Shown here in pieces: positions 27,947-37,310 of a stretch of DNA of 64,000 nt (the first letter of the stretch is position 1; every line of letters begins with the position of its first letter). Origin of the DNA: an uncultured Planctomycetia bacterium (GTDB lineage: Bacteria > Omnitrophota > Gorgyraeia > Tantalellales > Tantalellaceae); contig CAZNEE010000002.1 of NCBI GenBank assembly GCA_964572255.1, forward strand, positions 121,129 through 185,128, given 5' to 3'. The translations under genes and the position numbers were made by a program. The notes under the pieces were generated by a model, which saw only the letters and a program-made list of their open reading frames with translations, ran no database searches and was not told where the DNA came from.

Positions 27947-28056
27947 ATAAGTAAAAAGTTTTTAAAAGGAGGTGATGAAAAATATTTCTTGCAAGTTTTT
28001 TTGCAGTTATATATAGGTAAGTTTTAAAAATCTAAGAAGAAAGTGAGGTGATAACG

Positions 28057-28659
28057 ATGAAGAAAATGTTGATCTTGATCTGTTTTGTATTAGCTATAGC
28101 GTTTATGGTAATACCATCGAAAGTTGAAGCTAGAACCATCGAAGATGATGAAGATATAGGCCCACCTCCTGGAACAGTACTCGAATATTGTGAGTGGTGG
28201 CCAAGTGAAACGGGTGACCCGGATTTTATAGATCTGAATTCTGGTGACAATTATTATGACCCTGAAACTGAAACTATCGTTTCAATGACAATCTCTGTTT
28301 GGGGAAGATCTAGCGATCAGCATGATGGTCAAGACAGCACAATTGAAGTATATATAGGCAGTACTGCTACTCCGGGGAGTCATTTGCAGCACGAGACCAT
28401 AACTCATGGCGATGAACTGGAGACAAAAACTATCACATTAAATGCTGCTGCTCTGGCCGATATCTCTGGAGACGGTAAAATAAACCTTAGATGGCACGGT
28501 CTTTCCGGAGGCGCAGGTGATCCTGACGGAGACACATTTGCTTTGGCTGGCTACCCTTCCTACGAAGCACATACCCCCGAACCGGCAACAATTATATCAC
28601 TACTTCTGGGCGGATTGGGAATGGCAGTAAAGAGGAAAAAGTTGTTCTTTAAGCAATAA
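28057..28659 (+). CDS. secreted PEP-CTERM sorting-signal protein
   Basis: GAGGTG sits 6 nt upstream of ATG at 28057. Signal peptide MKKMLILICFVLAIAFMVIPSKVEA, acidic mature region, and C-terminal TPEPATIISLLLGGLGMAVKRKK (PEP motif, hydrophobic helix, basic tail). Confidence 0.75.
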   Translation: MKKMLILICFVLAIAFMVIPSKVEARTIEDDEDIGPPPGTVLEYCEWWPSETGDPDFIDLNSGDNYYDPETETIVSMTISVWGRSSDQHDGQDSTIEVYIGSTATPGSHLQHETITHGDELETKTITLNAAALADISGDGKINLRWHGLSGGAGDPDGDTFALAGYPSYEAHTPEPATIISLLLGGLGMAVKRKKLFFKQ

Positions 28660-28707
28660 TTATATTTATTAAAAGAAATATTTAAAGGAAGGAGTTGTGA
28701 CAATAAA

Positions 28708-28741
28708 AAAGCGGCTTCCGATGGAAGCCGCTTTTTTATGT
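28708..28741. terminator. bidirectional intrinsic terminator hairpin (AAAAAGCGGCTTCC-GATG-GAAGCCGCTTTTTT)
   Basis: Perfect GC-rich stem flanked by an A-tract and a T-tract. Lies between the convergent PEP-CTERM gene and the small polylysine ORF. Confidence 0.7.
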
Positions 28742-28760
28742 AGAAAAAATTACAAAAGCG

Positions 28761-28874
28761 TTACTTTTTCTTTCTCTTTTTCTTTGCAGCTTTTTTCTTT
28801 TTCTTTACAACTTTTTTCTTTTTCTTTGCTACTTTTTTCTTTGCAGCTTTTTTCTTTTTCTTCTTTACTACCAT
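28761..28874 (-). CDS. 37-aa polylysine micro-protein (MVVKKKKKKAAKKKVAKKKKKVVKKKKKAAKKKRKKK)
   Basis: Minus-strand ORF with strong RBS GAGGAGGGG 5 nt upstream of ATG. Built from a ~21-nt tandem nucleotide repeat and followed by the terminator at 28708-28741. Too short for the ORF track. Confidence 0.45.
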   Translation of the reverse strand: MVVKKKKKKAAKKKVAKKKKKVVKKKKKAAKKKRKKK

Positions 28875-29272
28875 TATCCCCTCCTCTTTTTGTTTAAAAA
28901 CTTTTTTTTATTTTTCTCTTCGAAAATCTTTTCTTGTAAAAAATATACATTATTATTTTTATTTTGCAAGTCTATGAAAAACTTTTTTTGCTCTGTATTA
29001 AAAAAATTTTTCGCTTTGAGAATATTTTTTCGGGAAAATATCATTCACTTTCGGCGTGAAAGATGAAAAATAATACACACGCTATACCTCTTTAAAATAA
29101 GGGGCTGTAGCGCTATGGATTTTTCTTCTTTTTTATTTTACTTTTCAACCTTGGAGATGTTGGGTGAGTTTGATCAAAAATATTTTATAAAAAATTTTCA
29201 AAATGAAAAAAAATTCAATATTTTTGCTTTTTAAAAAAAATAAATAAAAATATTTTTAGGATTTATTTGCGC

Positions 29273-29710
29273 TCAGGTGAAGTGGATCAGGTTGCACTTT
29301 GATGCTTCATCTTTTTTTCTTGAGACATCTATGCCCTTGACCTCGGTGATCAAGACCTCGACCGTGAGAAAAACTTTCCCTCCCTTTCTTAAACATCCGG
29401 TCAGAGAACTGTCTCCCCTGCCATACGAGGAATGAAGGTGAACCGACGGTGAGCCTTCCTGTTTTATGATGGTTCCGAATCCTATTATCTCTCTGCCGTC
29501 ATCGAAAGAAACAAAGTGCGGATCAGGAGGGATTTCTGCTTTCTCGGGGCCGGTAACTATATCGCCTTTTTCAAGCGCGCCTAAAATGAGGATCGTTGCG
29601 GCCGGAAGATCTTCTTTTTCAGCAATTTTTTTGATCTCGCTCAGCAGATCCTCGCCATGATCAAACCTTGCAAAGTAAACCCTGCCTATCGAACCTTTAG
29701 CATATTCCAT
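29273..29710 (-). CDS. PPC-domain (DUF296) DNA-binding protein
   Basis: 145 aa with the DUF296/PCC pattern RVYFARFDHGEDLLSEI...ILGALEKGDIVTGP. Confidence 0.6.
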   Translation of the reverse strand: MEYAKGSIGRVYFARFDHGEDLLSEIKKIAEKEDLPAATILILGALEKGDIVTGPEKAEIPPDPHFVSFDDGREIIGFGTIIKQEGSPSVHLHSSYGRGDSSLTGCLRKGGKVFLTVEVLITEVKGIDVSRKKDEASKCNLIHFT

Positions 29711-29734
29711 GTTTTTTACTCCCGGATCCGCCGG

Positions 29735-30949
29735 TCACATGTATCTTTCCGGAGTTCTTTTCACTTCTTTGAAGACAGGAACGAACGCTTGCGGTTTTCT
29801 CCCGAAACATACCCCCATCTGTTCGTGAAGCGCGACCTGATCCAGGTCCACATGTCTTTGTTCAATAGCTTTTTCCGAAGGCATATATTTTACATCTTTT
29901 CCGGAAACGCCGACTATAGTCACGCCTTTAATGCCGTTCTTAAGCAGTACCACAGCGCCGGCTCCTGCTTCTTTACCGAAATTCACGTCATATGCCGAAC
30001 TTCGGCCGCATCTTACCAGATGGCCGGGAACCACACTGCGCACTTCCGGTATCTCATACATTTCTTTTACATACATGTGTGTCTTATGCATAAATTCATC
30101 GATCACCGGGTCGGCTTTCATTCTCTTCGTTATCTCCTGGCAAACATATTTCCCCGCTCCCGCGAGTTTTTTATGCCCGAACGCATCAACGCCCGCGCTC
30201 TCATCCACTATTTCACTGCCGCTGGCGTCTTTCAACCCTTCAGCGACCATTACCAGATAAGTGCCGGCATGAACATCGCTTGATGTGATCCTGTGCGTCA
30301 GCCTTTCTTTTACATGATCATACAGAATATCAAAATCGACAGGTATCTCCGGGATCAATATCGCATCGACGTCGCCCGCTATGCCGCCGCGCAGCGCGGT
30401 ATGCCCCGCATATCTTCCGAAGACTTCCAGCACGATAACCCTGTTATGCGTTTTTCCGGTAGTCTTGAGTTCGTCCGCAAAAACAGCGATCCTGTTTATG
30501 GTCGAATCTCCGCCGACCGAGTATGTCTGAAGATCGAGATCCATCGTCTTGGGAACATGCACACAGGAAATCCCGTTCTTAAAAAGATCCACCATAACGC
30601 TGCCGGTATCATCCCCCCCGCTGATGACAAGCGCATCTATTTTGAATTTTTCAAGCCCCTTTTTGATACGTTCATATTTTTGCTCATCTTTGATCTTCCT
30701 GATCTTAACGCGGGAGTGACCCGCTTCGGACCCCGCCGGATTCGCATTGATGGCATCCTGCCTGTCAAGCGTCAATTCCGTCAGTTCGTCAAAATCAATA
30801 AGATTATAAAGGCCGGCGTATCCGTTCGGAATGACGAAACATTTTATTCCCATATTGTTCGCCATCTCGGCAGCGCCCTTCACAACCGCGTTAAGGCCGC
30901 CGCAATCACCGCCGCTTGTAATTACCCCGATTTTCTTGATATCTGGCAT
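29735..30949 (-). CDS. pfk: 6-phosphofructokinase (probably pyrophosphate-dependent: GGDD motif)
   Basis: GVITSGGDCGGLNAVV and VISGGDDTGS. Asp in place of the Gly of GGDG is the PPi-PFK hallmark. Confidence 0.75.
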   Translation of the reverse strand: MPDIKKIGVITSGGDCGGLNAVVKGAAEMANNMGIKCFVIPNGYAGLYNLIDFDELTELTLDRQDAINANPAGSEAGHSRVKIRKIKDEQKYERIKKGLEKFKIDALVISGGDDTGSVMVDLFKNGISCVHVPKTMDLDLQTYSVGGDSTINRIAVFADELKTTGKTHNRVIVLEVFGRYAGHTALRGGIAGDVDAILIPEIPVDFDILYDHVKERLTHRITSSDVHAGTYLVMVAEGLKDASGSEIVDESAGVDAFGHKKLAGAGKYVCQEITKRMKADPVIDEFMHKTHMYVKEMYEIPEVRSVVPGHLVRCGRSSAYDVNFGKEAGAGAVVLLKNGIKGVTIVGVSGKDVKYMPSEKAIEQRHVDLDQVALHEQMGVCFGRKPQAFVPVFKEVKRTPERYM

Positions 30950-30970
30950 ACGTCCCTCCTGATTCTTCCC

Positions 30971-32347
30971 CTACTTTTCATCGAAATGCGTTAGATCGCG
31001 TTTTCCGACAGCATAAACATTAAACCCTAGATCATGCAATTTTTTACGATCGAGTATGTTCCTCCCGTCAAATATAAAAGCCGGTTTTTTCATGGAATCA
31101 TAAATGCGCTGATAATCCAGATCCCTGTATTCTTCCCATTCAGTAAGCACGACCACTGCATGAGCTTTCCGGCAAGCTTCATATGGGTCTTCTATGAACC
31201 ATATGGTGTCAGCACCGAACGCTAGATCATTTTTAGCGTTATCTAATGCTTGAGGGTCACTGACAACTATTTTGGCTTTTTCTTCGTACAGCCACTTGCA
31301 TATATCTATCGCGGGGCTTTCGCGGGTATCGCCCGTATCGGCTTTAAAGGCAAAACCCAAAACAGCTATCTTTTTGTCGGCAACATTATTGAACATGCCT
31401 GAGATTATGCGCCTTAAAAAACGTTTTTTCTGGTAATCGTTCATTTGAACGACCTGCTGCCAGTAATTCGCCACCTCGATAAGCCCGAAATGTTCGCAAA
31501 GGTAAACAAGATTTAAAATGTCTTTTTTGAAACATGACCCGCCGAAACCAATGCTTGATTTAAGGAATTTAGACCCTATACGTGAATCCATGCCTATTGC
31601 CCTGGAAACCTCATCGACGTCCGCTTCTGTAGCTTCGCATAAAGCGGAGATACTGTTTATCGAACTTATTTTCTGGGCAAGAAAAGCGTTTGCGGTAAGC
31701 TTGGACAGTTCGCTTGACCACAGATTGGTCGTTATTATGCGTTCTTCAGGGACCCAGTGCTTATAAATTTCCGCAATCTGCTGTACAGCCTTCTTCCCTT
31801 TTTCTGAATCATGGCCGCCTATCAAGACCCTGTCAGGATTCTCCAAGTCGCTGATCGCCGTCCCTTCCGCGAGAAACTCAGGATTGGACACGACTTCAAA
31901 ATGTACGCCTGATTTTCCGGAGTTAAGTATGTGCTCCATAGCTTCGGCTGTTCTTACGGGCAGGGTGCTTTTCTCGACAACTATTTTATCCTTTGTGGAC
32001 CGTTTAAGTATTTCTCTGGCGGTTTTCTCCCAATACTGCAGGTCCGCTGCCATCCCCGCGCCTTCACCGAAAGTCTTTGTGGGCGTATTCACGCTTACGA
32101 AAATGATATCCGCTTTATCGATATTCCCCGGCACATCCGATGAAAAGAAAAGGTTTTTGTTCAACGTCTCCTGCACGGCTTCCTTGAGACCCGGTTCATA
32201 GATCGGGGGGTTGCCGGATTGCCACTGGTTTATACGTTCTTCATTTATATCCACAACTATCACTTTATAATCCGGGCACTTTTTGGCGATAACGGCCATT
32301 GTGGGGCCGCCGACATAACCCGCTCCGATACACACTATAGTTTTCAT
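30971..32347 (-). CDS. ugd: UDP-glucose 6-dehydrogenase
   Basis: NAD motif [11 protein letters not shown], catalytic [10 protein letters not shown]; 458 aa. Confidence 0.85.
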   Translation of the reverse strand: MKTIVCIGAGYVGGPTMAVIAKKCPDYKVIVVDINEERINQWQSGNPPIYEPGLKEAVQETLNKNLFFSSDVPGNIDKADIIFVSVNTPTKTFGEGAGMAADLQYWEKTAREILKRSTKDKIVVEKSTLPVRTAEAMEHILNSGKSGVHFEVVSNPEFLAEGTAISDLENPDRVLIGGHDSEKGKKAVQQIAEIYKHWVPEERIITTNLWSSELSKLTANAFLAQKISSINSISALCEATEADVDEVSRAIGMDSRIGSKFLKSSIGFGGSCFKKDILNLVYLCEHFGLIEVANYWQQVVQMNDYQKKRFLRRIISGMFNNVADKKIAVLGFAFKADTGDTRESPAIDICKWLYEEKAKIVVSDPQALDNAKNDLAFGADTIWFIEDPYEACRKAHAVVVLTEWEEYRDLDYQRIYDSMKKPAFIFDGRNILDRKKLHDLGFNVYAVGKRDLTHFDEK

Positions 32348-32363
32348 ATATCGATCCTTTCTA

Positions 32364-32855
32364 TCAGAAATAATTTTCCGCTGACTTTTTAAAAACGGAA
32401 TTTCTTGCAGGCATGATTATCTTGAATGTCTTTCCGCTTATGAGCATTTTTTGCGTATCTTTATCCCCGTCTTTATAATTTCCGTAACTTAAAATAAACT
32501 CAAAATCATCTCCCTTTTTGGCGACAGAACTTATTTTATACTCCTTGAACTCGAGCATCATGAGGTCAAACCTGGCCTGCTCAAAGGTATAATCCGTTTT
32601 ACTGTCATCATCGATGTAATAGTACATGGTTTCATAATCGCCTCTTTGCCATGCTTCCAAAAAAGCGATGATAACGTTCGCGCCTTGAGGGCAGATCTCA
32701 AGATCCGCTTCTTGCATCCCTCCGCCGAGAGGTATCCCCGGCATGAGGCTTCTTATATCAGATGAAACTTCATCCTGAGAAAAAGATGCGCTCGAGAAAA
32801 ACAAGCTGATCAAAATAACAAATGCCAGTTTATAAATACTTTCTTTTAGATGCAT
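32364..32855 (-). CDS. hypothetical secreted protein
   Basis: Signal peptide [19 protein letters not shown]; no recognisable domain. Confidence 0.45.
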   Translation of the reverse strand: MHLKESIYKLAFVILISLFFSSASFSQDEVSSDIRSLMPGIPLGGGMQEADLEICPQGANVIIAFLEAWQRGDYETMYYYIDDDSKTDYTFEQARFDLMMLEFKEYKISSVAKKGDDFEFILSYGNYKDGDKDTQKMLISGKTFKIIMPARNSVFKKSAENYF

Positions 32856-32871
32856 AAAAATCCCGATATTT

Positions 32872-33144
32872 TTAACTGAATTTATAGTGTTTCCTTACGG
32901 GCTTCCTGATATCCCAGACACATTTCATGCCTTTAGGAAAAGTTACCAGGTCGCCGGGGCCGAATTCTACAGCTTCGCCGTTTTCGGGCTCCACTCTTAC
33001 TTCCCCCTCGAGAATATAACATATTTCATTGGTGTCATAATACCAATCAAATTTTGATACTTCCTTTTCCCAGATCGGCCATGAATCCACTCTAAGCGAT
33101 TCTAATTTTTTTTCATCCGGTCTTTCTATCAATATTTTATCCAT
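32872..33144 (-). CDS. cupin domain protein
   Basis: 90 aa; GEVRVEPENGEAVEFGPGDLVTFPKG cupin beta-barrel motif. Confidence 0.55.
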   Translation of the reverse strand: MDKILIERPDEKKLESLRVDSWPIWEKEVSKFDWYYDTNEICYILEGEVRVEPENGEAVEFGPGDLVTFPKGMKCVWDIRKPVRKHYKFS

Positions 33145-33168
33145 GGTGCCCCTCCTGAAATTTTCTCT

Positions 33169-33630
33169 TTACCCCTTCACGGCTTTGATCCCCATAAGAA
33201 GAGATACCCTCGCGTTCTCCTTTATATTGAATCCTGACTTTCCCACCTGCAAAAGCATTTTTCTCACCTTCTCACCCGGTGTAAGCACGACAGTCGGATG
33301 TATCACGCCGGCTTTCAGTGTTCGCTGTAAAGTTTGAATGATCGCCATGCATCCTTCCGGTACTTCTATTTTTTCATTATATTCGATCAAGTACTCGCCG
33401 GAAGTAAGCGCCCACCATCCATATTTGTCCCCGGGAGACCTCTTGCCAGGTTCCAATTCCTCTATCAACGCTTCTTTCTCTTCACTTCCTCCAAAATCTA
33501 TATCGCCCTCCTTCTTTACAATGAAAACCTTTGCAACAGTAAGTTCAAGACCGTAAGGCTTAACTTGATGTTCTTCTGACACTAACCCCGTTGCGAACCC
33601 CGCTATTTCTCTACCGGAACAAAAATTCAC
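33169..33630 (-). CDS. hypothetical protein, possibly dUTPase/dCTP-deaminase-like fold
   Basis: Weak resemblance (IIQTLQRTLKAGVI vs the RSxLxxxG motif of dUTPase); not secure. Confidence 0.3.
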   Translation of the reverse strand: MNFCSGREIAGFATGLVSEEHQVKPYGLELTVAKVFIVKKEGDIDFGGSEEKEALIEELEPGKRSPGDKYGWWALTSGEYLIEYNEKIEVPEGCMAIIQTLQRTLKAGVIHPTVVLTPGEKVRKMLLQVGKSGFNIKENARVSLLMGIKAVKG

Positions 33631-33631
33631 T

Positions 33632-34081
33632 TTATCCCTCCTTGCTTTGATCTAAAACAAATGTTACCGGACCATCATTGATGAGCTTTACATCCATATG
33701 AAGGCCAAAAGCACCTTCCTCCACCGCGATATCTTCCTGCCGTAAAAATTCATTGAATTTCTTCCACAAGTTTTCTGCAACTCCCGGTTCTGCCGCATCG
33801 TCGAAGCCGGGTCTATTCCCTTTCTTAGTGTCCGCAAAAAGGGTAAATTGCGGAACACTCAAAACTTTCCCTTTTACTTGTTTTAAATCAAGGTTCATTC
33901 TACCATTTTCGTCTTCAAAAATCCTCATTTTACTTATCTTCAGCGCCATATTCAACACGGATCCGGGATCATCATCTTTACCGATACCGGCAAGAAGAAG
34001 TGCTCCTTTGCCGATTGACGCTATCTCTTTTCCCTCGACCGAAACCGAGGCTCCTTTGACGCGCTGCATTACAATCTTCAT
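33632..34081 (-). CDS. dtd: D-aminoacyl-tRNA deacylase
   Basis: Start at MKIVMQRV (Dtd typically begins MRAVIQRV); PQFTLFAD corresponds to the SQFTL motif; GPVTFVLD C-terminus. Confidence 0.85.
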   Translation of the reverse strand: MKIVMQRVKGASVSVEGKEIASIGKGALLLAGIGKDDDPGSVLNMALKISKMRIFEDENGRMNLDLKQVKGKVLSVPQFTLFADTKKGNRPGFDDAAEPGVAENLWKKFNEFLRQEDIAVEEGAFGLHMDVKLINDGPVTFVLDQSKEG

Positions 34082-34101
34082 AATTATAATAAAATTATAT
34101 A

Positions 34102-34247
34102 ATGCTTGAACTGTTTCTCGCAGGGACGTCAAATTTTCCCAGCGAGAAAATTTGACTCAAAAATCTCCTCGCTCTCGCTGCAACTTAGGCGCCAGCGAAC
34201 CATGCCCGCTCGTCGATTTGATGCCCTGCTCTAAACAGTTCAAGCAT
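34102..34247. repeat. ~146-nt palindromic repeat element with 14-nt perfect terminal inverted repeats (ATGCTTGAACTGTT / AACAGTTCAAGCAT), copy 1
   Basis: Nearly identical (inverted) to 59238-59399. Fills the dtd / FAH intergenic region and overlaps the FAH stop codon. Confidence 0.65.
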
Positions 34248-34983
34248 TACCTGCTTTTACTATATTCCTGAGCTTGCCGATTCCCTCGATCTCAACGACG
34301 ATCTCGTCTCCGGGCTGCATTGGTCCGATCCCGGACGGCGTACCGGTCGCTATTACATCTCCGGGCAGCAATGTCATGATGCCCGATATGAAACTTACTA
34401 GCTTCTCAACACCAAAAATAAAATTCGACGTGCGTGAATCCTGCTTTTTCTCGCCGTTGAGATACGCTCTTATATAAAGATCATCAGGGTCAACATCCGT
34501 TTCCACCCACGGGCCTATCGGCGCGAAAGTGTCAAAAGATTTCGCCCTGGTCCATTGACCGTCCCTTTTCTGCAGGTCTCTTGCAGTGACATCATTAAAA
34601 CATGTATAACCCAGGATGTGAGATCCTGCTTCATCGGGGGTTATTCCCCTGATCCTATCCTTTATAACTATCCCCAATTCCGCCTCGTAATCTACCCTTG
34701 CAGATGAAATGGGGTACATTATCTCTTCATCCGGCCCTATAACCGATGTCGAAGGTTTAATGAAGATGATGGGCTCATCAGGTATATCCATGCCCAATTC
34801 ATCGGCATGATCTCTATAATTCAGACCGACTGACACGACCTTCGAAGGTACGGCGGGCGTTAATAATTTAACTTCTCTAATATCGAAATTTTTTTGATCA
34901 TCCGGTAACCCGGTCCTTATTTCACTCCCCCCTAAAACCCCGTTATAAATATTTTCTTTATGTTCAAACCGTACTAACTTCAT
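34240..34983 (-). CDS. fumarylacetoacetate hydrolase (FAH) family protein
   Basis: LNYRDHADELGMDIPDEPIIFIKP and DYEAELGIVI motifs. Confidence 0.8.
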   Translation of the reverse strand: MKLVRFEHKENIYNGVLGGSEIRTGLPDDQKNFDIREVKLLTPAVPSKVVSVGLNYRDHADELGMDIPDEPIIFIKPSTSVIGPDEEIMYPISSARVDYEAELGIVIKDRIRGITPDEAGSHILGYTCFNDVTARDLQKRDGQWTRAKSFDTFAPIGPWVETDVDPDDLYIRAYLNGEKKQDSRTSNFIFGVEKLVSFISGIMTLLPGDVIATGTPSGIGPMQPGDEIVVEIEGIGKLRNIVKAGNA

Positions 34984-34989
34984 CCCAGC

Positions 34990-35391
34990 TCATTTGTTTT
35001 TGGCATGCGCTATACATGAGATCTCGATATCTGCATCCTTCGGCAACTTTGACGCTTCGATCACCTGTCTTGCCGGCTTAACATCATCAGTAAACATAGT
35101 TTCATATACCTCGTTTACCTGCTTAAAATCATTCATATCTTTTAAGAAAACCTCAACTTTAACGACATTGTCCAGCCCCAGGCCCGATGAAGAGAGAATT
35201 GCTTCCATGTTCCTGATAACAAGCTCTGTCTGGCTTTTTATGCCTTCCTTTAACACTTCTCCCGTGCCCGGATCAATGGGTATCTGGCCGGACACAAAAA
35301 CATAATCACCTGCGGAAACAGCCTGAGAATAAGGACCTGCCGCTTTAGGAGCTTTGTCGGTTTCTATTTTTCGGATGGGTTCTTGAGGCAT
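34990..35391 (-). CDS. ridA: RidA family reactive-intermediate deaminase
   Basis: YjgF/RidA signature AGPYSQAVSAGDYVFVSGQIP... Confidence 0.85.
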   Translation of the reverse strand: MPQEPIRKIETDKAPKAAGPYSQAVSAGDYVFVSGQIPIDPGTGEVLKEGIKSQTELVIRNMEAILSSSGLGLDNVVKVEVFLKDMNDFKQVNEVYETMFTDDVKPARQVIEASKLPKDADIEISCIAHAKNK

Positions 35392-35404
35392 GACCGGGTT
35401 TCTT

Positions 35405-35644
35405 CTAATCCTTCAGTTCTACAGTGATCCCTTTTTCTTTGAGATATTCAAAGACTCTCGCAATTTCGTTCTTCTCCCCGCTGACAATAAGATACGCCCA
35501 TCCGCTTTCGGTGGAAAAAGAAGCTTCTATTATCTTCATATCTATATCAAAATCTTTTATCATATGACAGATTACAGGTTCGTCCTTAAGTTCTCCGGGT
35601 ATGAAAAGCTCGACTTTTAACTCTACCATCACCTCTCCCTTCAA
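35405..35644 (-). CDS. small ACT/NIL-like hypothetical protein
   Basis: 79 aa ORF only; no specific motif. Confidence 0.35.
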   Translation of the reverse strand: MKGEVMVELKVELFIPGELKDEPVICHMIKDFDIDMKIIEASFSTESGWAYLIVSGEKNEIARVFEYLKEKGITVELKD

Positions 35645-35652
35645 ATCAAAAC

Positions 35653-37308
35653 TTATTCAAGAAAATTCATCTCCAAGAAATTCTTGAGCTGCCTTGCCCT
35701 TATAGGATGCCTTAATTTCTTCAGAGCCTTGGCCTCTATCTGGCGCACTCTTTCTCTCGTAACATTAAATATCTTGCCCACCTCTTCGAGGGTCCTGGGG
35801 TAGCCGTCCCCTATACCGAACCTGAGTATGAGAACTCTTCTTTCGCGTTCGGTAAGAGTCGAAAGCACGCCTTCCATCTGTTCTTTAAGCATCGCATACG
35901 CCGTTGCGTTCGCGGGTGAGACAGCTGATTTATCTTCGATGAAATCCCCGAAACTCGTATCGCCTTCATCTCCTATCGGTGTTTCAAGAGAAATAGGATG
36001 CTGGGCTATCTTTATGATCTCTTTTACTTTAACGACAGGGATCTTCATCTCTTTAGCGATCTCTTCCGGGGTGGGTTCTCTCCCCCGTTCCTGTACAAGC
36101 TTGCGTGAACCTCTTACAAGTTTATTGATCGTTTCGGTCATGTGTACCGGGATCCGTATCGTTCTCGACTGGTCAGCTATGGATCGTGTTATGGCCTGTC
36201 TGATCCACCATGTCGCGTATGTACTGAATTTGTATCCTCTTTCATATTCAAACTTGTCCACCGCCTTCATGAGCCCCATGTTCCCTTCCTGAATAAGATC
36301 AAGAAAAGACAACCCCCTGTTTGTATATTTTTTGGCAATACTTACGACAAGCCTGAGATTGGCGGCAACAAGTTCTTTTTTGGCTTTTGTATAATCTCTT
36401 TCAATAAGTTTAACAGCTTCCAGGTCTTCCAATATCCTGCCCGGCGACTGGCCTATTTTTCTCGCGAGTTTGCGCAGAAGATTCTGGTTCTCTTTGAGCT
36501 CTTTCTTAGCCCTTCCCTTCTGAAGCCTTATAATGCGGTTATTTGCCCTTCTTACTTCCTCCATCTCTTCCATTATCTCATCAGCCACTTTCTCAACAAG
36601 GACTATAGCGACTTTTAGTTTGCCCATAAGCGGCTTGACCGTACTTTCTTTTTTTGAAAGTTTGACCCTTTTTATGAGCGCTTCTTTTCGCTCTTTCAAT
36701 CTTTCCACATTCGCGCTCGGATCGACATCAAGAACTTCATCCAGGTTGTAATCATTATCTATTGCATCTTCTATAGCTTCAAGGATTTTCTCGCGGGCAA
36801 GTTTTATGCCGAAAACTATCTCTTTAAAGTCCTTTTCCTTATCCTTGATCCTCTTTGCAAGTTCCAGTTCTTCATTCCTGCTTAAAAGCGGGATCTGCCC
36901 CATCTGTTTTAAGTACATTTTCACGGGGTCATCTATCTGCACGAAACTGCGGGTCTTTACCTTTTTTCCGCCCCTTTTTACCACAAGAGGTATTTTCTCG
37001 AGTTCCTCTTCGGATTCAACGACCTTTATATCCGCGGAATGCAGCATGGTTATGACTTCATCTATTTCATCCGCGGAAGCCACTTCTTCAGGAAGAACAT
37101 CATTAACATCATCATAGCTCAAATAACCTTTGTCCTTGCCGGCTTTTATCAGCTTCCGGACAATGGCCGATCTGCTTTTTTCCCCTTTCCGGATATCTTC
37201 AACAGGAATGATCGCTTCGGGTTCTTTTTTCTTCCTGGGAGCTCTCTTGGCGGTTTTCTTTTTAACTTTCTTTATTTTCTTCGGCTTTTTTGTTTTCTTC
37301 TTCGCCAT
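35653..37308 (-). CDS. rpoD: RNA polymerase sigma factor RpoD (sigma-70)
   Basis: [37 protein letters not shown] and a region 4 HTH. Lysine-rich N-terminus. Confidence 0.9.
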   Translation of the reverse strand: MAKKKTKKPKKIKKVKKKTAKRAPRKKKEPEAIIPVEDIRKGEKSRSAIVRKLIKAGKDKGYLSYDDVNDVLPEEVASADEIDEVITMLHSADIKVVESEEELEKIPLVVKRGGKKVKTRSFVQIDDPVKMYLKQMGQIPLLSRNEELELAKRIKDKEKDFKEIVFGIKLAREKILEAIEDAIDNDYNLDEVLDVDPSANVERLKERKEALIKRVKLSKKESTVKPLMGKLKVAIVLVEKVADEIMEEMEEVRRANNRIIRLQKGRAKKELKENQNLLRKLARKIGQSPGRILEDLEAVKLIERDYTKAKKELVAANLRLVVSIAKKYTNRGLSFLDLIQEGNMGLMKAVDKFEYERGYKFSTYATWWIRQAITRSIADQSRTIRIPVHMTETINKLVRGSRKLVQERGREPTPEEIAKEMKIPVVKVKEIIKIAQHPISLETPIGDEGDTSFGDFIEDKSAVSPANATAYAMLKEQMEGVLSTLTERERRVLILRFGIGDGYPRTLEEVGKIFNVTRERVRQIEAKALKKLRHPIRARQLKNFLEMNFLE

Positions 37309-37310
37309 AT

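Noticed and set aside
28048-28056. GTG starts listed for both PEP-CTERM genes (28048 and 52871)
   Set aside because: In both paralogs GAGGTG is followed 6 nt later by ATG-AAG-AAA. The ATG starts (28057 and 52862) give canonical spacing and signal peptides.
28770-28870. Tandem repeat region considered as a possible CRISPR array
   Set aside because: Repeat units are ~21 nt with no unique spacers and the region is continuously coding on the minus strand. No cas genes are in the window.
28697-28897. 66-aa + strand ORF translating the tandem repeat as SFSLQLF repeats
   Set aside because: Its start lies inside the terminator hairpin and it has no RBS. The minus-strand reading of the same repeat has a strong RBS plus a terminator and is preferred.
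33169-33630. Firm call of dUTPase or dCTP deaminase for the 153-aa ORF
   Set aside because: The similarity is limited to one loosely matching motif. Left as hypothetical with low confidence.
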